Shown: piece after piece, positions 37,508 through 49,717 of the stretch
Layout: each line of letters starts with the position of its first letter
Numbering within the stretch: the stretch's first letter is position 1
NCBI RefSeq assembly: GCF_006345805.1
Contig: NC_043005.1
Span: 26,040,001 to 26,104,000 of the forward strand
Length of the DNA stretch: 64,000 nt
Source of the DNA: Octopus sinensis
Lineage: Eukaryota
Reading direction: 5' to 3'
The notes under the pieces: model-generated
What the model was told of the DNA's origin: nothing
Seen by the model: the letters and a program-made list of their open reading frames with translations, nothing else
Database searches by the model: none
Made by a program: the position numbers and the translations under genes

Positions 37508-38033
37508 TTATTTACATTATTTACATTTGACGAGTATTTGTCCTCATCTTGTTTGTTAATACAACGCTTCAGTTGATATACCCTCCAGCCTTCATCAAGT
37601 GTCTTGGGGAAATTTCGAACCTGGGTTCTCATTCCTATTATTATTATCAATAATAATAATAATAATAATAATATTATATTTGACTTTAGTCATATTATGC
37701 TACAAAATGAATAGAGCAGCGTACTTTGAACCATTGTTAGTTGTACATAAACAACACACTCATAGGCTGCCTAAACAACGAAATACTTTATGCTCATTGT
37801 TTATTCATACACATAAAAAAATCTATTTAAAAAAAAAAAAAGCGATGCTTATCGTTGTCGATAGGATTCGAACCTATGCGGGGAGACCCCAATGGATTTC
37901 TAGTCCATCGCCTTAACCACTCGGCCACGACAACTCCCTGCTTAATAATAATATTATTATTGATAATAATAATAACTCGGAATCTAAGGGTTAGTAGCCC
38001 GCGCTCTTAACCACTACGTCATATGCCCGTAGG
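37508..38033 (-). mobile_element. Composite SINE family D interrupted within its (AAT)n by a tRNA-Ser cassette
   Basis: Tail 37508-37640 (degenerate HHR at 37558-37603); head 37975-38033. Confidence 0.75.
37853..37934 (-). tRNA. tRNA-Ser-AGA: tRNA-Ser(AGA), intact; U3-A70 variant
   Basis: Identical to 35642-35723, with ~180 bp of shared 3' flank. Confidence 0.92.
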
Positions 38034-38622
38034 CAATTATGGAGTGAATTTTAGGTTTTGTAAATCTAATATTTTCCTATCCTTCCTTCATACCGGTTCC
38101 CATATGCTATTCATATCTGCACTCGGCCTGCTTGTAAACTGCTTAGATGTAATATTTATTTGAATTACTGTGTTGTACGGCGAATACAAGTGCCCTAGCG
38201 GTTAGGGTATCACACACACATGATTGCAAGGTCCCCCGACCGTCCGATGCATTGTGCTTTTGAGTAAAATATATCATTTTCCTTTCTTCCAGTCCACTCA
38301 GCTATAACTGGGTGACCCTACAACGGACTGGCGTCCAGTTCAGGAGTGAATGTTGAGACCTCGGTCACTTTTGGGCCACAGCCCTGTGTCTAGCACAAGA
38401 AAATCTTTCTTTACACTATTGTATTGGTTTCTCTTTGCAAAGATAGAAAAGACGAACAACTTAGAGGAGGAGAAGATGAGGGTATTGTATACAAGCAGCG
38501 ATGAAATCAATTAATTTCTCCGCTAATAAATTATTAACTTCCACAATAACACTCAGTAACACATTACACCTCTGCACATCATCTGACACTCTGCATAACT
38601 CGCAACTAAAGAATTCACCACA

Positions 38623-38967
38623 AAGCGACAAGAGCTGGCAGAAACGTTAGCACGTTGGGTGAATTACTTATCGATATTTCGTCTGTCTTTACATTTTGAG
38701 TTCAAAATCCGCCGAGGTCGACTTTGCCTTTCATCTCTTCGGGGTTCATAAATTAAGTACCAGTTGAGTACTGGTATCGATCTAATCGACTGGCCCTTCC
38801 CCAAAATTTTTGGGGCATTGTGCCTAGAGTAGAAAAGAATATTTTAGCACAGCTAGCAGAATCGTTAGCAATCGGGCGAAATGCTTAGCGGTAGAAAAGA
38901 ATATTTCTAGAGTAGATCTAATCGACTGCCCCCACTCGCCAAAATATTTTGGGCCTTGTGCCTAGAA
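38623..38967 (+). mobile_element. Dimeric family A SINE inside one 16-bp TSD
   Basis: TAAAGAATTCACCACA at 38607-38622 and 38968-38983. Confidence 0.8.
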
Positions 38968-39269
38968 TAAAGAATTCACCACACCATTCTGTACGGTAGG
39001 GCATCACCATACGATGAGGGCGGCTAGTTCACAAAGTTAGAGTGTCGATCAAATTCTAATGGAGTCAATTTTAACCTTAACCCTTACTGAATTACCAATA
39101 CAGATGTGAAGCCTTGCGGCAATTCTCCCGACTCTTTGTGTTTTGGGGACTTCGGTAGTAGACTTCCTCCATTGCTCGGTTAAAAACCACCATCTTGGGT
39201 ACCTTTCACTGAATTACAAATATTCTTGTCATGTTTAGATTGGTAGATAGCGAGCTCCTTCACCCACTC

Positions 39270-39385
39270 TGCCAGTTTCGTAGGCAGAATTTCTTGATTA
39301 TTCTGGCCGTGCCAAGGAGGCAAACCTTTTCTAACAGTTCTACTGGGCACTCTATTTCAGTTTCCTTCGTATTTCCCTTGATGCC
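39270..39385 (-). mobile_element. Extreme C-terminus of an R4/Dong-type LINE ORF
   Basis: VELLEKVCLLGTARIIKKF. Confidence 0.6.
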
Positions 39386-39391
39386 TTCTGA

Positions 39392-39492
<101 letters not shown>

Positions 39493-39629
39493 TAATTTGG
39501 CCACGAACTGGAAGGTCAGCCTTAGGAAAGAGCATGTGTCTCCACTGTGTCGCTTTTGCAACAGAATAGATGAAACTATTGCCTATGTCACGAAAGAATG
39601 TCCAAGACTTGCCCAAAACCACTAGAAGC

Positions 39630-39990
39630 TGTCGCGATACGACCAGGTAGCGAAAGTGCTACATTGGAAGCTGTGCGAAAAGTGGGGGCCAGAGAGAGGC
39701 AAGACGTGGATGAGCACAAACCCCTGAGAGTGGCATAGTCGGAGACAAGCAAAATCCTCTGGGATTTTCCAATCCAAACAGATTAAGTGCTAGAGTATAT
39801 CAGACCGGACCTAGTGGTGGCGGACAAGGTGCACCACATATGCTATATAGTTAATCTTGCATGCCCCTTTGACCCACGAATATTCAAGAAGGAAGGCGAA
39901 AAAGATAGAAACAATCCTCTTCATTACGAAATAGCTCGGCTATGAACAATGAAGAAGGTAAAGATAGTGGCAGGAATTGCTGGGTCCTTG
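39630..39990 (+). mobile_element. R4/Dong/NeSL-type restriction-like endonuclease fragment
   Basis: Hand translation with frameshift/stops: RYDQVAKVLHWKLCEKW...KILWDFPIQTD*VLEYIRPDLVVADK...LACPFD. Confidence 0.75.
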
Positions 39991-40062
39991 GTTTGTTGAG
40001 GACATTAATTAGGTAAAATTTGAACACGAAAATCATTTGCTAATACTAAAGAAAGCTGAGGG

Positions 40063-40122
40063 TCTCGTCGACAGGAGTCGAACAAGTACAAAGAAACCAC
40101 TCTAAACCACTCAACAATAACA
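40063..40122 (-). pseudogene. Highly decayed tRNA-Ser relic resembling the 20151 copy
   Basis: TCGTCGACAGGAGTCGAAC...TAAACCACTC followed by CTGCTGGCA, as at 20233. Confidence 0.5.
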
Positions 40123-40407
40123 GCTGCTGGCACGAAATTCAATAATTATTACTAATCATAAGTAAAGTAAATATCATCTAGCTTGTTAACTGATGTTTGC
40201 CATTGTTAGCTGATGTTTGTGATTAGAAATAATAGTACATCAGTAAGTTGTTAGCTGTCGTTGACTGATTACAGAATTGGACAAGCAACTCGCTGTTGTC
40301 GAAAGTTTTGACTTAGCTTATAGAAAACTTGTACTTTTTCCGTGGAGAAAAACACAAGATTTAATCCCTGCATTTCTATTTCCCTAATTAAAATGAAACA
40401 GGGTATC

Positions 40408-40426
<19 letters not shown>

Positions 40427-40439
<13 letters not shown>

Positions 40440-40760
40440 TTAGAGACAAAACCACTATTTTGCAAAACAAACAAGGAAAGACTTAATCAATACATAAAAT
40501 TTTAATAAAAAGTAAAAAAACCGCCACTACAATTGTTTCATGTCTTGATCGACAATCTTCAGGTGGATTTCCGATTTTCAAGTCAGTTTCATAATTTGAA
40601 CTGACTTGAAAATCGGAAATCCACCTGAAGATTGTCGATCAAGACATGAAACAATTGTAGTGGCGGTTTTTTTACTTTTTATTAAAATTTTATGTATTGA
40701 TTAAGTCTTTCCTTGTTTGTTTTGCAAAATAGTGGTTTTGTCTCTAATTAATATTATATA
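40427..40760. repeat. Apparently perfect palindrome (162-bp arms, 10-nt spacer) anchored in (TA)n
   Basis: No mismatch found by eye between the arms; spacer TCATAATTTG at 40589-40598. Confidence 0.95.
40621..40663 (+). ncRNA. Minimal type I hammerhead ribozyme (mirror copy at 40524-40566, minus strand)
   Basis: CCAC-CUGAAGA-U-UGUC/GAUCAA/GACA-U-GAAA-CAAUUG-U-A-GUGG; palindromic helix III ACAAUUGU; predicted GUA cleavage after 40659. Confidence 0.72.
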
Positions 40761-40838
40761 ATATTTTACTATAAAATTGGATTTAATCCTAAATCTGATT
40801 TTTTCCCTGTAAATTTGGATTTATTCCCTAATATTTAT

Positions 40839-40889
<51 letters not shown>

Positions 40890-41040
40890 GGGAGAGTTTA
40901 CGAAAAAAAAACAAAAGACGAAGACGGGTGGAGTACAAAACAAACAGATGTATTAGTATAACGCTCAGGAATAGAAAAAGTCTTTTACGTTTCGAGCCTA
41001 CGCTCTTCTACAGAAAGGGACACAGAAAACAAGGATAGAA
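40890..41040 (-). mobile_element. Family E repeat with HHR-like motif at 40982-41017
   Basis: CUUU-CUGUAGA-A-GAGC/GUAG/GCUC-GAAA-CGU-A-AAAG. Confidence 0.65.
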
Positions 41041-41435
41041 ACAAGGAGAGAAAAAAATGTTTGTAGTGGCTAACGATCTATCATGGCGTCATATATATAT
41101 ACATAGGAACACACACGTACACACCTATACAGAGGTTTCGTGGAATGAATAGGTTAACGAAGACTCAGTGCAAGAATATATACTTTTTATCATTTTAACT
41201 CGCAAGAAAGATACAAAATTGACGCAAGGACCGAGTACTTCAAACAGACGTGCGTGTATATTTATGGCGAACGATCTATCTTCTTTATTGTCTAGTTGGT
41301 TTTACTGTTTCTTTATGCCTCTACAGATCCTGTCAGTAGTTTTCTGAGATCCTCCCCTCTGTTTATCTCACAGGTATAAAATTATTCTATCATTTATTAT
41401 TTTGTATGCAAAAGATACTGCTAGAGGACAACGTG

Positions 41436-41517
41436 CGTCGCCGATAGTATTCGAACATATGATGGGAGATACCAATGGATATCTGTTCCATCACTTTAAC
41501 CACTTGACTTCGACGAC
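41436..41517 (-). pseudogene. Full-length decayed tRNA-Ser(AGA)
   Basis: 82 nt colinear; many substitutions in the D, anticodon, variable and T stems. Confidence 0.8.
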
Positions 41518-42124
41518 CACCTGAAAGGTCAATTATTGTATCTCATAATATCAATTTAAAAAAGGGGTGGTAAGTTAGTAGAATCGTTACTGCGTCGAAC
41601 AAAATGTTAAGAAGCATTTCTTCCGACTCTGCGTTCTGTGTACAAATTCTATTCAGGTTGACTTTGCCTTTCATTCTTTCGGAACCGATAAAATAAATAC
41701 TAATTCAGAACTGGGGTCGATGTAAACGTCTAGCCCCACCCCGCAAGGAAAAGGCTGCTCTTCGTCCTAAATTAGCGAACAGCACATGTATTCGCTGTTT
41801 TTCTCACAACTTCATGTGGCTGCGAGACAAACGGAGAACATATTACACAAGATTTTTGTCCTTGGGTAGCGATGTTATTTCCTATTTGCTTACTTCTAAA
41901 AAATATAAAAATGGCTAATATTCCCTTAAAACTTTGCTTTTCTTACATTTATTCAAACCCCAAATCATCCCTCTCAACACATGGCTATGATGCTCCCCCA
42001 ATACTTTTGCTCGTGATAAGAGATCCACATATCGTCAGCCACCAAGGGAGATGATCAAGTGGTTGAGGTCAAGCAACTGACAAGGAAATCTGTGGTATTG
42101 AGCAGAAGGTTTGGTATAACGATA

Positions 42125-42345
42125 TCTGGCAGAAATGTTAGCACGCCGGGCGAAATGCGTAGCCGTATTTCGTCTGCCGTTACGTTCTGAGTTCAAATTC
42201 CGCCGAGGTCGACTTTGCCTTTCATCCTTTCGGGGTCGATAAATTAAGTTCCAGTTACGCACTGGGGTCGATGTAATCAACTTAATCCGTTTGTCTGTCC
42301 TTGTTTGTCCCCTCTGTGTTTAGCCCCTTGTAGGTAATAAAAAAA
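42125..42345 (+). mobile_element. Family A SINE
   Basis: Near-consensus copy. Confidence 0.85.
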
Positions 42346-42374
42346 TAGATATTTCTGCTTCAGCAACTCCTATA

Positions 42375-42690
42375 TTTTACTCCAGTGTCACTTTGATAGC
42401 ATGCACTGCTCTCTCACTCAAGAATAATAATAATAACAACAACAACAACAGCAGCAGCAACAACAACAACCACAACAACAACAACAACAACAACAATAAT
42501 AATAATAATAATAATAATAACATCGTAAAATACTTTAGGAACGAGTACCCAGGTTCGAAATTTCCCCAAGACACCTGATGGAAGCTGGAGGGTATATCAG
42601 CCGAAACGTTGTGTTAACAACAAACAAGATGAGGACAAATATTCGTGAAATGTAAATAATGTACATAATTCCTCATCTCTTAAATATAGA
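42375..42690 (+). mobile_element. Family D tail joined through (AAT/AAC)n to a different head; HHR at 42570-42615 (A9G)
   Basis: GACAC-CUGAUGG-AAGCUG...CAGCC-GAAA-CGUU-GUGUU. Confidence 0.7.
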
Positions 42691-42831
42691 AATGTGTTAA
42701 AATTTTGTTTCTCGGTATCATGAGCCGTTATTAAGGGAGCAAACTTCTAAATAGCTACCTGTTGAATTGGATTCATTATACATAAAGGCTACACGTTTAT
42801 CAATATGTTTTCGTGCAAAAAGATATACAAA

Positions 42832-42913
42832 CGTCGCCGATAGGATTCGAACCTATGCGGGGAGACCCCAATGGATTTCTAGTCCATCGCCTTAACCACT
42901 CGGCCACGACGAC
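42832..42913 (-). tRNA. tRNA-Ser-AGA: tRNA-Ser(AGA), U5.G68 wobble variant
   Basis: 82-nt cloverleaf; TTTTTGCA downstream. Confidence 0.9.
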
Positions 42914-44352
42914 TGCCTGCTACTGTGCGCATTATTTTCCTTTATTATGTCAATCATATTGAAAGACTTACTGCAGGTTCCTACTCATGATTATATCATT
43001 TGTTATTTCCTCTGCAATAGCTTTCTGTCAATATAAAAACATACATGCCTACACACACACACATACATACATACATACATACATACATACATACATACAT
43101 ACATACATGCATACTACATAAATACATACATACATACATACATACATACATACATACATACATACATACATACATACATACATACATACATACACACACA
43201 CACATTTGTATTACTCCTTTCACTTCTCCATTCTCGCATGTTCTGCAGATCCCTCCTTTACTCTTTACTTCCCACTATCTCTTCTATCTCTTTCTGCGTT
43301 CCTTTCTTTCTTTCCTATGTGCCCCCTTTCTCCCTTTACGTTGCTTCCATCTTAACCTCGGCTTTTACATTGCCCTTCACTACCCCTTTTCTCTCGGTCA
43401 TCGTCCCGTTTCTCTTTTCAGCCTTCATTTTTTGCTTCAATACTGATCTATTCAGTCATGCTTCTCTCCGGCACTCGCCTTCACATTTACCTTCAACACC
43501 GAGTTCGGTTTTCGTTCTACCCTGACCCTAACCCTATCTATCCATCTCTCCATATTCTTTTTCAAGTCTTATATGTCACGCTCTCCAAATTAACTCTATT
43601 GCTACACCCGTCTTAATGCTGCCCCAGAGTCGTACAGCCTTTATTTTGTTTGCATATTCATATTCGTAACCACTACCTGTGTCGCATTTCCTTCTGTCAC
43701 CGTGCATTGCATTCGCTCAGTATTCCTAGCAGCTTTTTGCTGTCGAAGCCATCAAAATGAACAATAGTTACAGGGCGATAACTGACGAGGAAAGAGCATA
43801 TCCGCGTCTTATGCGTAAATTGTCCTTGTACATCTTTATCGTCATTGTGTGCAATTTTTTAATACACACACACAGGTAAACATGTGAAGAATATATATAC
43901 ATACATACATGCATACATACATACATACATACATAATACATACATACATAATACATACATACATATATATATATATAATATATATATATATATATAACCA
44001 ACTTATAAACAAGGGCAAAAGAAAAAAATTCTAATGCCAAATATGCCGAATTTAGACAAATTGTCAATAACCATATAATTTATCACTATAAGCTTGCGTC
44101 TCGAAGTAAGCCGACAGAAATTTCTTTAAAATTCTGTTATTACCGTGTCGGTCCCAATTTCAGAGAATTTTCTCCTCGTCAGCGATAAATACGGTAAAAA
44201 ATAAATGAAATTCTTACTTATACCCATGTATAGGTGTAAATTTTAGATGTAAATTATAGATGTAAATTTTATATATATATATATAGATTGGTGCGAATGG
44301 TTTTGTTATACGGTGTCGTGTTTTACATTCTTGTAAATAATAATAAAGGCAT

Positions 44353-44560
44353 TTATATAAGCTTAAAGCTTATGGCGATTAACTTGTAATGTTTACGAAA
44401 AATAGTCTAATAAAGGGGCATATAACCCCTCGACAGAAAAAGAAGGCTTTCCCATCCACGCGGATAGGAAAGCCTTTTTCCTGTCGAGGGCTTATATGCC
44501 CCTTATTAGACTATTTTCCGTAGTCATTGCAAGTTAATAGCCATAACTTTAAGTTTATAT
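44353..44560. repeat. Imperfect foldback hairpin, ~100-bp arms, 4-nt loop
   Basis: ...GGCTTTCCCATCC acgc GGATAGGAAAGCC... Confidence 0.9.
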
Positions 44561-44564
44561 AGAT

Positions 44565-44602
<38 letters not shown>

Positions 44603-44640
44603 CACACACACGCACACACACACCACACACACACACACAC

Positions 44641-44700
<60 letters not shown>

Positions 44701-45402
44701 GAAACATTGATCATAGAAGAAACATCAAATTCGAGTCAACGACTTTATATATAATACCATGGCGCCAAATATTTGATCTTATATAAATATTACCATGGTT
44801 AGAAGGTAAAAATATATATGCGAATAAAAAGGCTAGCTATAGGGTCAACATGAATTAGTTTTCGAACGAAAAATATTGTAATTCCACTACACTTGACTCT
44901 TATATACATGGTTTATAGAGGAATAAAACAAAAGTTATTCTCTTGAATGGTCTGTTATATCGAGGGCCTCTTTTTTAGAGTTAATATTAACAAGTGTAAG
45001 TTGTGTGTAAGGGAATCTCTTGCCATTCTTCAATCCTTGGGGCCTAAAATATTTAAAAAATTTACAGAAGCGATCCCTTTTTGCAACCATATTTCGTTTC
45101 TTTCTGATTGTTTTTTTTTAGTGTGTTAGAAAATTTGGACTGGTTCTGTAATGAATTATTATGTTTAAATTAGCCATGCTAATGTTAAAATAAAATTCCA
45201 GAGAATGATAAAATAAAATACCAGTCAAGTATCGGATCTAATTGTATCGATTGAGATCCTCTTCACCCAAAAATTCTGGACTTGTGCCTTAGACAGAAAC
45301 CGGGAGAAGTTCGTGAATAGCAAGTTGGAGTTGAAGTTAACTTCACTGAACAACCCCAAGTGTATTATTTACGTGCAAAATATATCGCTAAAATGAAACA
45401 AA

Positions 45403-45484
45403 CGTCGTCGATAGGATTCGAACCTATGCGGGAGGACCCCAATGGATTTCTAGTCCATCGCCTTAAACACTCGGCCACGACGAC
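45403..45484 (-). tRNA. tRNA-Ser-AGA: tRNA-Ser(AGA), class A; D-loop GG>GT and altered variable arm (possibly impaired)
   Basis: 82 nt; CCGAGTGTTTAAGG and GGGGTCCTCCCG. Confidence 0.7.
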
Positions 45485-45501
45485 TTCTCTGACGCTGTCT
45501 C

Positions 45502-45523
45502 TTTATTATAACGTTTTATATAA
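45502..45523 (-). promoter_or_regulatory. TATA-like element about -18 to -39 upstream of class A/B tRNA copies
   Basis: TTATATAAAACGTTATAATAAA conserved upstream of the six A/B copies. Confidence 0.45.
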
Positions 45524-45844
45524 TTCCTTATGAATGAAGTCCCGAAATGGCCATTAATGTTTAGTATAGCTTATTGTGTTAGCAGTATTCTATTTTTTCT
45601 GAGTTCAAATGCTTCCGAGGTCAGTTTTGCTTTTCATTCCTTTCAGAGAATAAAATACCAGTCAAGTACCGGATCCATTTGTATCGACTGAGATCCTCTT
45701 CACCCAAAAATTCTGGCCTTGTGCCTTAGACAGAAACCGGGAGAAAGTTTATAATAACAAGTTGTTGTGGAAATTAATTAACTTCACTGAACAACCGCAA
45801 GTGTGTTATTTATCTGCAAAATATATTGCTAAAAGTGTTACAAC

Positions 45845-45926
45845 CGTCGCCGATAGGATTCGAACCTATGCGGGGAGACCCCAATGGATTTCTAGTCCAT
45901 CGCCTTAACCACTCGGCCACGACGAC
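45845..45926 (-). tRNA. tRNA-Ser-AGA: tRNA-Ser(AGA), class B (U5.G68)
   Basis: 82-nt cloverleaf. Confidence 0.9.
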
Positions 45927-46369
45927 TGCTCAGATATAACCATTTTATTATAACGTTTTATATAATGCCTTATTATCAATGAAAACAAGGCGGTGAGCTG
46001 GTAGAATCGTTAGCAAGTTGACCAAAGTGCTTAGCGGCATTTATCTAACACTTTACGTTTTGATTTAAAATTCCGCCCAGGTAGGCTTTGCATTTCATCC
46101 TTTCCGGGTCGATACAATAAATACCAGTTGAGTACAAAATTGCTGACCGTATGCCTCAATTATAAACGATTATATCAATTGTAAGAGTGAATCTCCTTTA
46201 CTTTATAACTTCACAAACAATGTCCGTGGTTGCCATAGAACTAATTCTTTACTCATCTAACGCACGATGTTATAATTAAAGTAATTATGAACACACCTTT
46301 TCTCGATGTGACTCTCAACATATCCATCCCTCTCTTTTCTCACAGACACTTCTTCCATTGGGTCTTCCA

Positions 46370-46660
46370 TTTCCAGCTCTTTCTTACGTTTTCTGTTTAA
46401 ATTCCTCCGAGGTTTTATTTGCTTTTCATGTCTCCGGAGTCGATACTTTTTCTGATTGGATTTCCAAGTGTGGCCAACGAAGATTATGGATATTATACAA
46501 CCATCTTTCTCTTGATCTACCCCTAGGTCTTCTGCCGGCTGGCTCGGCTTGAAGAATCCACCCTAAGATTCTTTCCTGCGATATTCTAATCACGTCTGCA
46601 TTGCGGTGGGACATGCAGCCGAAGATTTCGAAGGAATCTGATATTAATGGAAAGCTTTGG
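46370..46660 (-). mobile_element. RTE-type LINE 3' fragment (repeated at 50175-50470 and 54660-54950)
   Basis: FGCMSHRNADVIRISQERILGWILQAEPAGRRPRGRSRERWL. Confidence 0.75.
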
Positions 46661-46838
46661 GCTGTTAAGTCACTATACAAAATATTTTCAAAGTGAGTCA
46701 ACGTATTTCACAGACGATACATTCGCTGTTTATTTCATAGCTTCATATGAGATAAATGAATGTATATATACGCACATAGTAATAATGAAGGGTGCAATCA
46801 TATAATCTATATGCAAAAAGTTGTTAAAATATATCAGC

Positions 46839-46920
46839 CGTCGTCGATAGGATTCGAACCTATGCGGGGAGACCCCAATGGATTTCTAGTCCATCGCCTT
46901 AACCACTCGGCCACGACGAC
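46839..46920 (-). tRNA. tRNA-Ser-AGA: tRNA-Ser(AGA), class C, consensus
   Basis: 82-nt cloverleaf; TTTTTGCA downstream. Confidence 0.92.
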
Positions 46921-47373
46921 TGCCTGTTGACTATTTGCTTATTATCTCTTATTATATCCATCAAAACAAAATATCTAGAATAGCTTCACTTATTATTCAA
47001 TGGCAGTTTAGCTGATTATGACTGCATATATATATATTACCTTCTGTGTTTTATTTTATATATGTATACTTTATATGCTTAAGAACCATGGTAATATTTA
47101 TATATGATCAAATGTTTGGAGGTATATATAAAGTCATTGACTTGAATTTGATGCTTGTTCTATGATCAAGGTTTCTTTATCTCTGTCTCAATTACATTAT
47201 GAAACGTCGTAAGAAATTTGAAAAGCTAAACGCGAAACCGGTCTATCTTGTAAACTATGTCATTGTAAGGAAAATGAAACAAAAATTTTTAATATTCTTC
47301 AGACATATTGACGCAAATATATATATATTTTTAACCTTTAAACCTTCTGTGGTTTTTTCACTTTTTACTATTT

Positions 47374-47418
<45 letters not shown>

Positions 47419-48147
47419 GAAGAATCATTGATCATAGAAGATATATAACACCATAGCGCCAAATATTGATCATATATAAATGTTACCATGGTTCTTAAAC
47501 ATATAAAATATAAATATATATAAAAACACAGAAGATAAAAATATATATGCGAATAAAAAGGCTAGCAATAGGGTCAACAGGAATTCGTTTTCGAACGAAA
47601 AATATTGTAATTCCATTACACTTGCCTCTTATATACATGGTTTATAGGGGAATAAAACAAAAGTTATTCTCTTGAATGGTCTGTTATATCGAGGGCCTCT
47701 TTTTTAGAGTTAATAGTAACAAGTGTAAGTTGTGTGTAAGGGAATACCTTGCCATTCTTAAATCCTTTGGGCCTAAAACATTAAATAAATTTACAGAGGT
47801 GATCCCTTTTTGCAAACATAATTAGCAATGAAGTATTTCGTTTTTTTTTCTTTATTTTGTTTTAGTATGTTAGAAAATTTGGACTGGTTCTGTAATGAAT
47901 TATTATGTTTAAATTAGCCATGCTAATGTTAAAATAAAATACCAGAGAATGATAAAATAAAGTACCAGTCAAGTATCGGATCTAATTGTATCGATTGAGA
48001 TCCTCTTCACCCAAAAATTCTGGCCTTGTGCCTTAGACAGAAAACGGGATGAAATTTATGAATAGCAAGTTGGAGTGGAGGTTAACTTCACTGAACAACC
48101 GCAAGTGTGTTATTTATCTGCAAAATATATTGCTAAAATGTAACAAA

Positions 48148-48229
48148 CGTTGTCAATAGTATTCGAACCTATGCGAGAAGACCCCAATAGATTTCTAGTC
48201 CATCGCCTTAACCACTCGGCCACGACGTT
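48148..48229 (-). pseudogene. tRNA-Ser(AGA), class A, decayed
   Basis: Mismatches in the acceptor, anticodon, variable and T stems. Confidence 0.8.
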
Positions 48230-48734
48230 TACTCTAAAGCAGTTTTTTTATTATAACGTTTTATATAATTCCTTATGAATGAACTCCCGAAATGGCCATA
48301 GACGTGTTTGATTTGATTTTGTGAATCTCTTTTTGCTCCTGGACTCCAACCTACCATGGTTTCTATGAATTGAACTTTTTTGACGTAATCTTTTGTTGAA
48401 GAAAAATGTTTTTAATCGATTGATATTTTATTTTATTTAGAATTTTAGTCGCTTGACACGCTTTAGAATTTTTAGTCGATTGAATATACCTTCTTGATAG
48501 GCCGTTCCATTAGGATTGTATATACCTTCTTGATAGGCTGTTCCATACATCTGTATTTTCATCGCATATATATATATTTTACCTTCTGTGATTTTTTTTT
48601 TATATATGTATACTTTATATGCATAAGAACCATGGTAATATTTATATATGATCAAATGTTTGGCGGTATATATAAAGTCATTAACTCGAATTTGATGCTT
48701 GTTCTATGATCAAGGTTTCTTTATCTCTGTCTCA

Positions 48735-48830
48735 ATTACATTTGAGCTCTTCTTTTCTGCAGTCCTATAAACCCTTTTGCCTCAGCAACAGAATTAACTC
48801 TCGGAAATAACAAGTTTCATGTTTGCGTGA

Positions 48831-48929
<99 letters not shown>

Positions 48930-49280
48930 GGGACCACGGGCCATACGTCCCCTACCCAATTCAAGATCACAGCATACATGTACACTGCAACATAATTTCT
49001 TTTCCTCAACAGGCCCTGCCCTATTTAACATTGTCTCGAAAGAGATCAAAGAGGAAAAGGACCCCATCAACTTTAAACGGCGTCCAGATAGATTCCTTCA
49101 AGGAATACCAGATAAACCACCCATAATTGGATACAACTCACCCAACAAAAACTCACTACTTGAATGAACCATAAACAAAACTTGACTTAAACAGGATTCA
49201 GATACTCCTATCAGGTGGTGCTATTAAGTTAGACATGCTCTGGACCAATCTTTGGTCGAAACATATCCAAGTTTTATCTA
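48735..49280 (+). mobile_element. CR1-like LINE 3' end split by (TA)n (repeated at 53075-53530, partly at 53600-53805)
   Basis: GPRAIRP...FFSSTGPALFNIV..EIK...FLQGIPDKPPIIGYNSPNKNSLLE; 3' hairpin GACCAA/TTGGTC. Confidence 0.7.
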
Positions 49281-49283
49281 AGT

Positions 49284-49348
<65 letters not shown>

Positions 49349-49635
49349 TGTTTAGTATAGCTTATTGTGTTAGCAGTATTCTATTTGTTCTGAGTTCAGA
49401 TGCTTCCGAGCTCAGACTTGCTTTTCATTCCTTTCAGAGAATAAAATACCAGTCATGTACCGGATCCATTTGTATCGACTGAGATCCTCTTCACCCAAAA
49501 ATTCTGGCCTTGTGCCTTAGACAGAAACCGGGAGAAAGTTTATAGTAACAAGTTGTTGTGGAAATTAATTAACTTCACTGAACAACCGCAAGTGTGTTAT
49601 TTATCTGCAAAATATATTGCTAAAAGTGTTACAAC

Positions 49636-49717
49636 CGTCGCCGATAGGATTCGAACCTATGCGGGGAGACCCCAATGGATTTCTAGTCCATCGCCTTAAC
49701 CACTCGGCCACGACGAC
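49636..49717 (-). tRNA. tRNA-Ser-AGA: tRNA-Ser(AGA), class B (U5.G68)
   Basis: Identical to 45845-45926. Confidence 0.9.

Noticed and set aside
49228-49272. GACCAA-TCT-TTGGTC-GAAAC as an HHR
   Set aside because: No CUGANGA core; better read as an ordinary LINE 3' stem-loop
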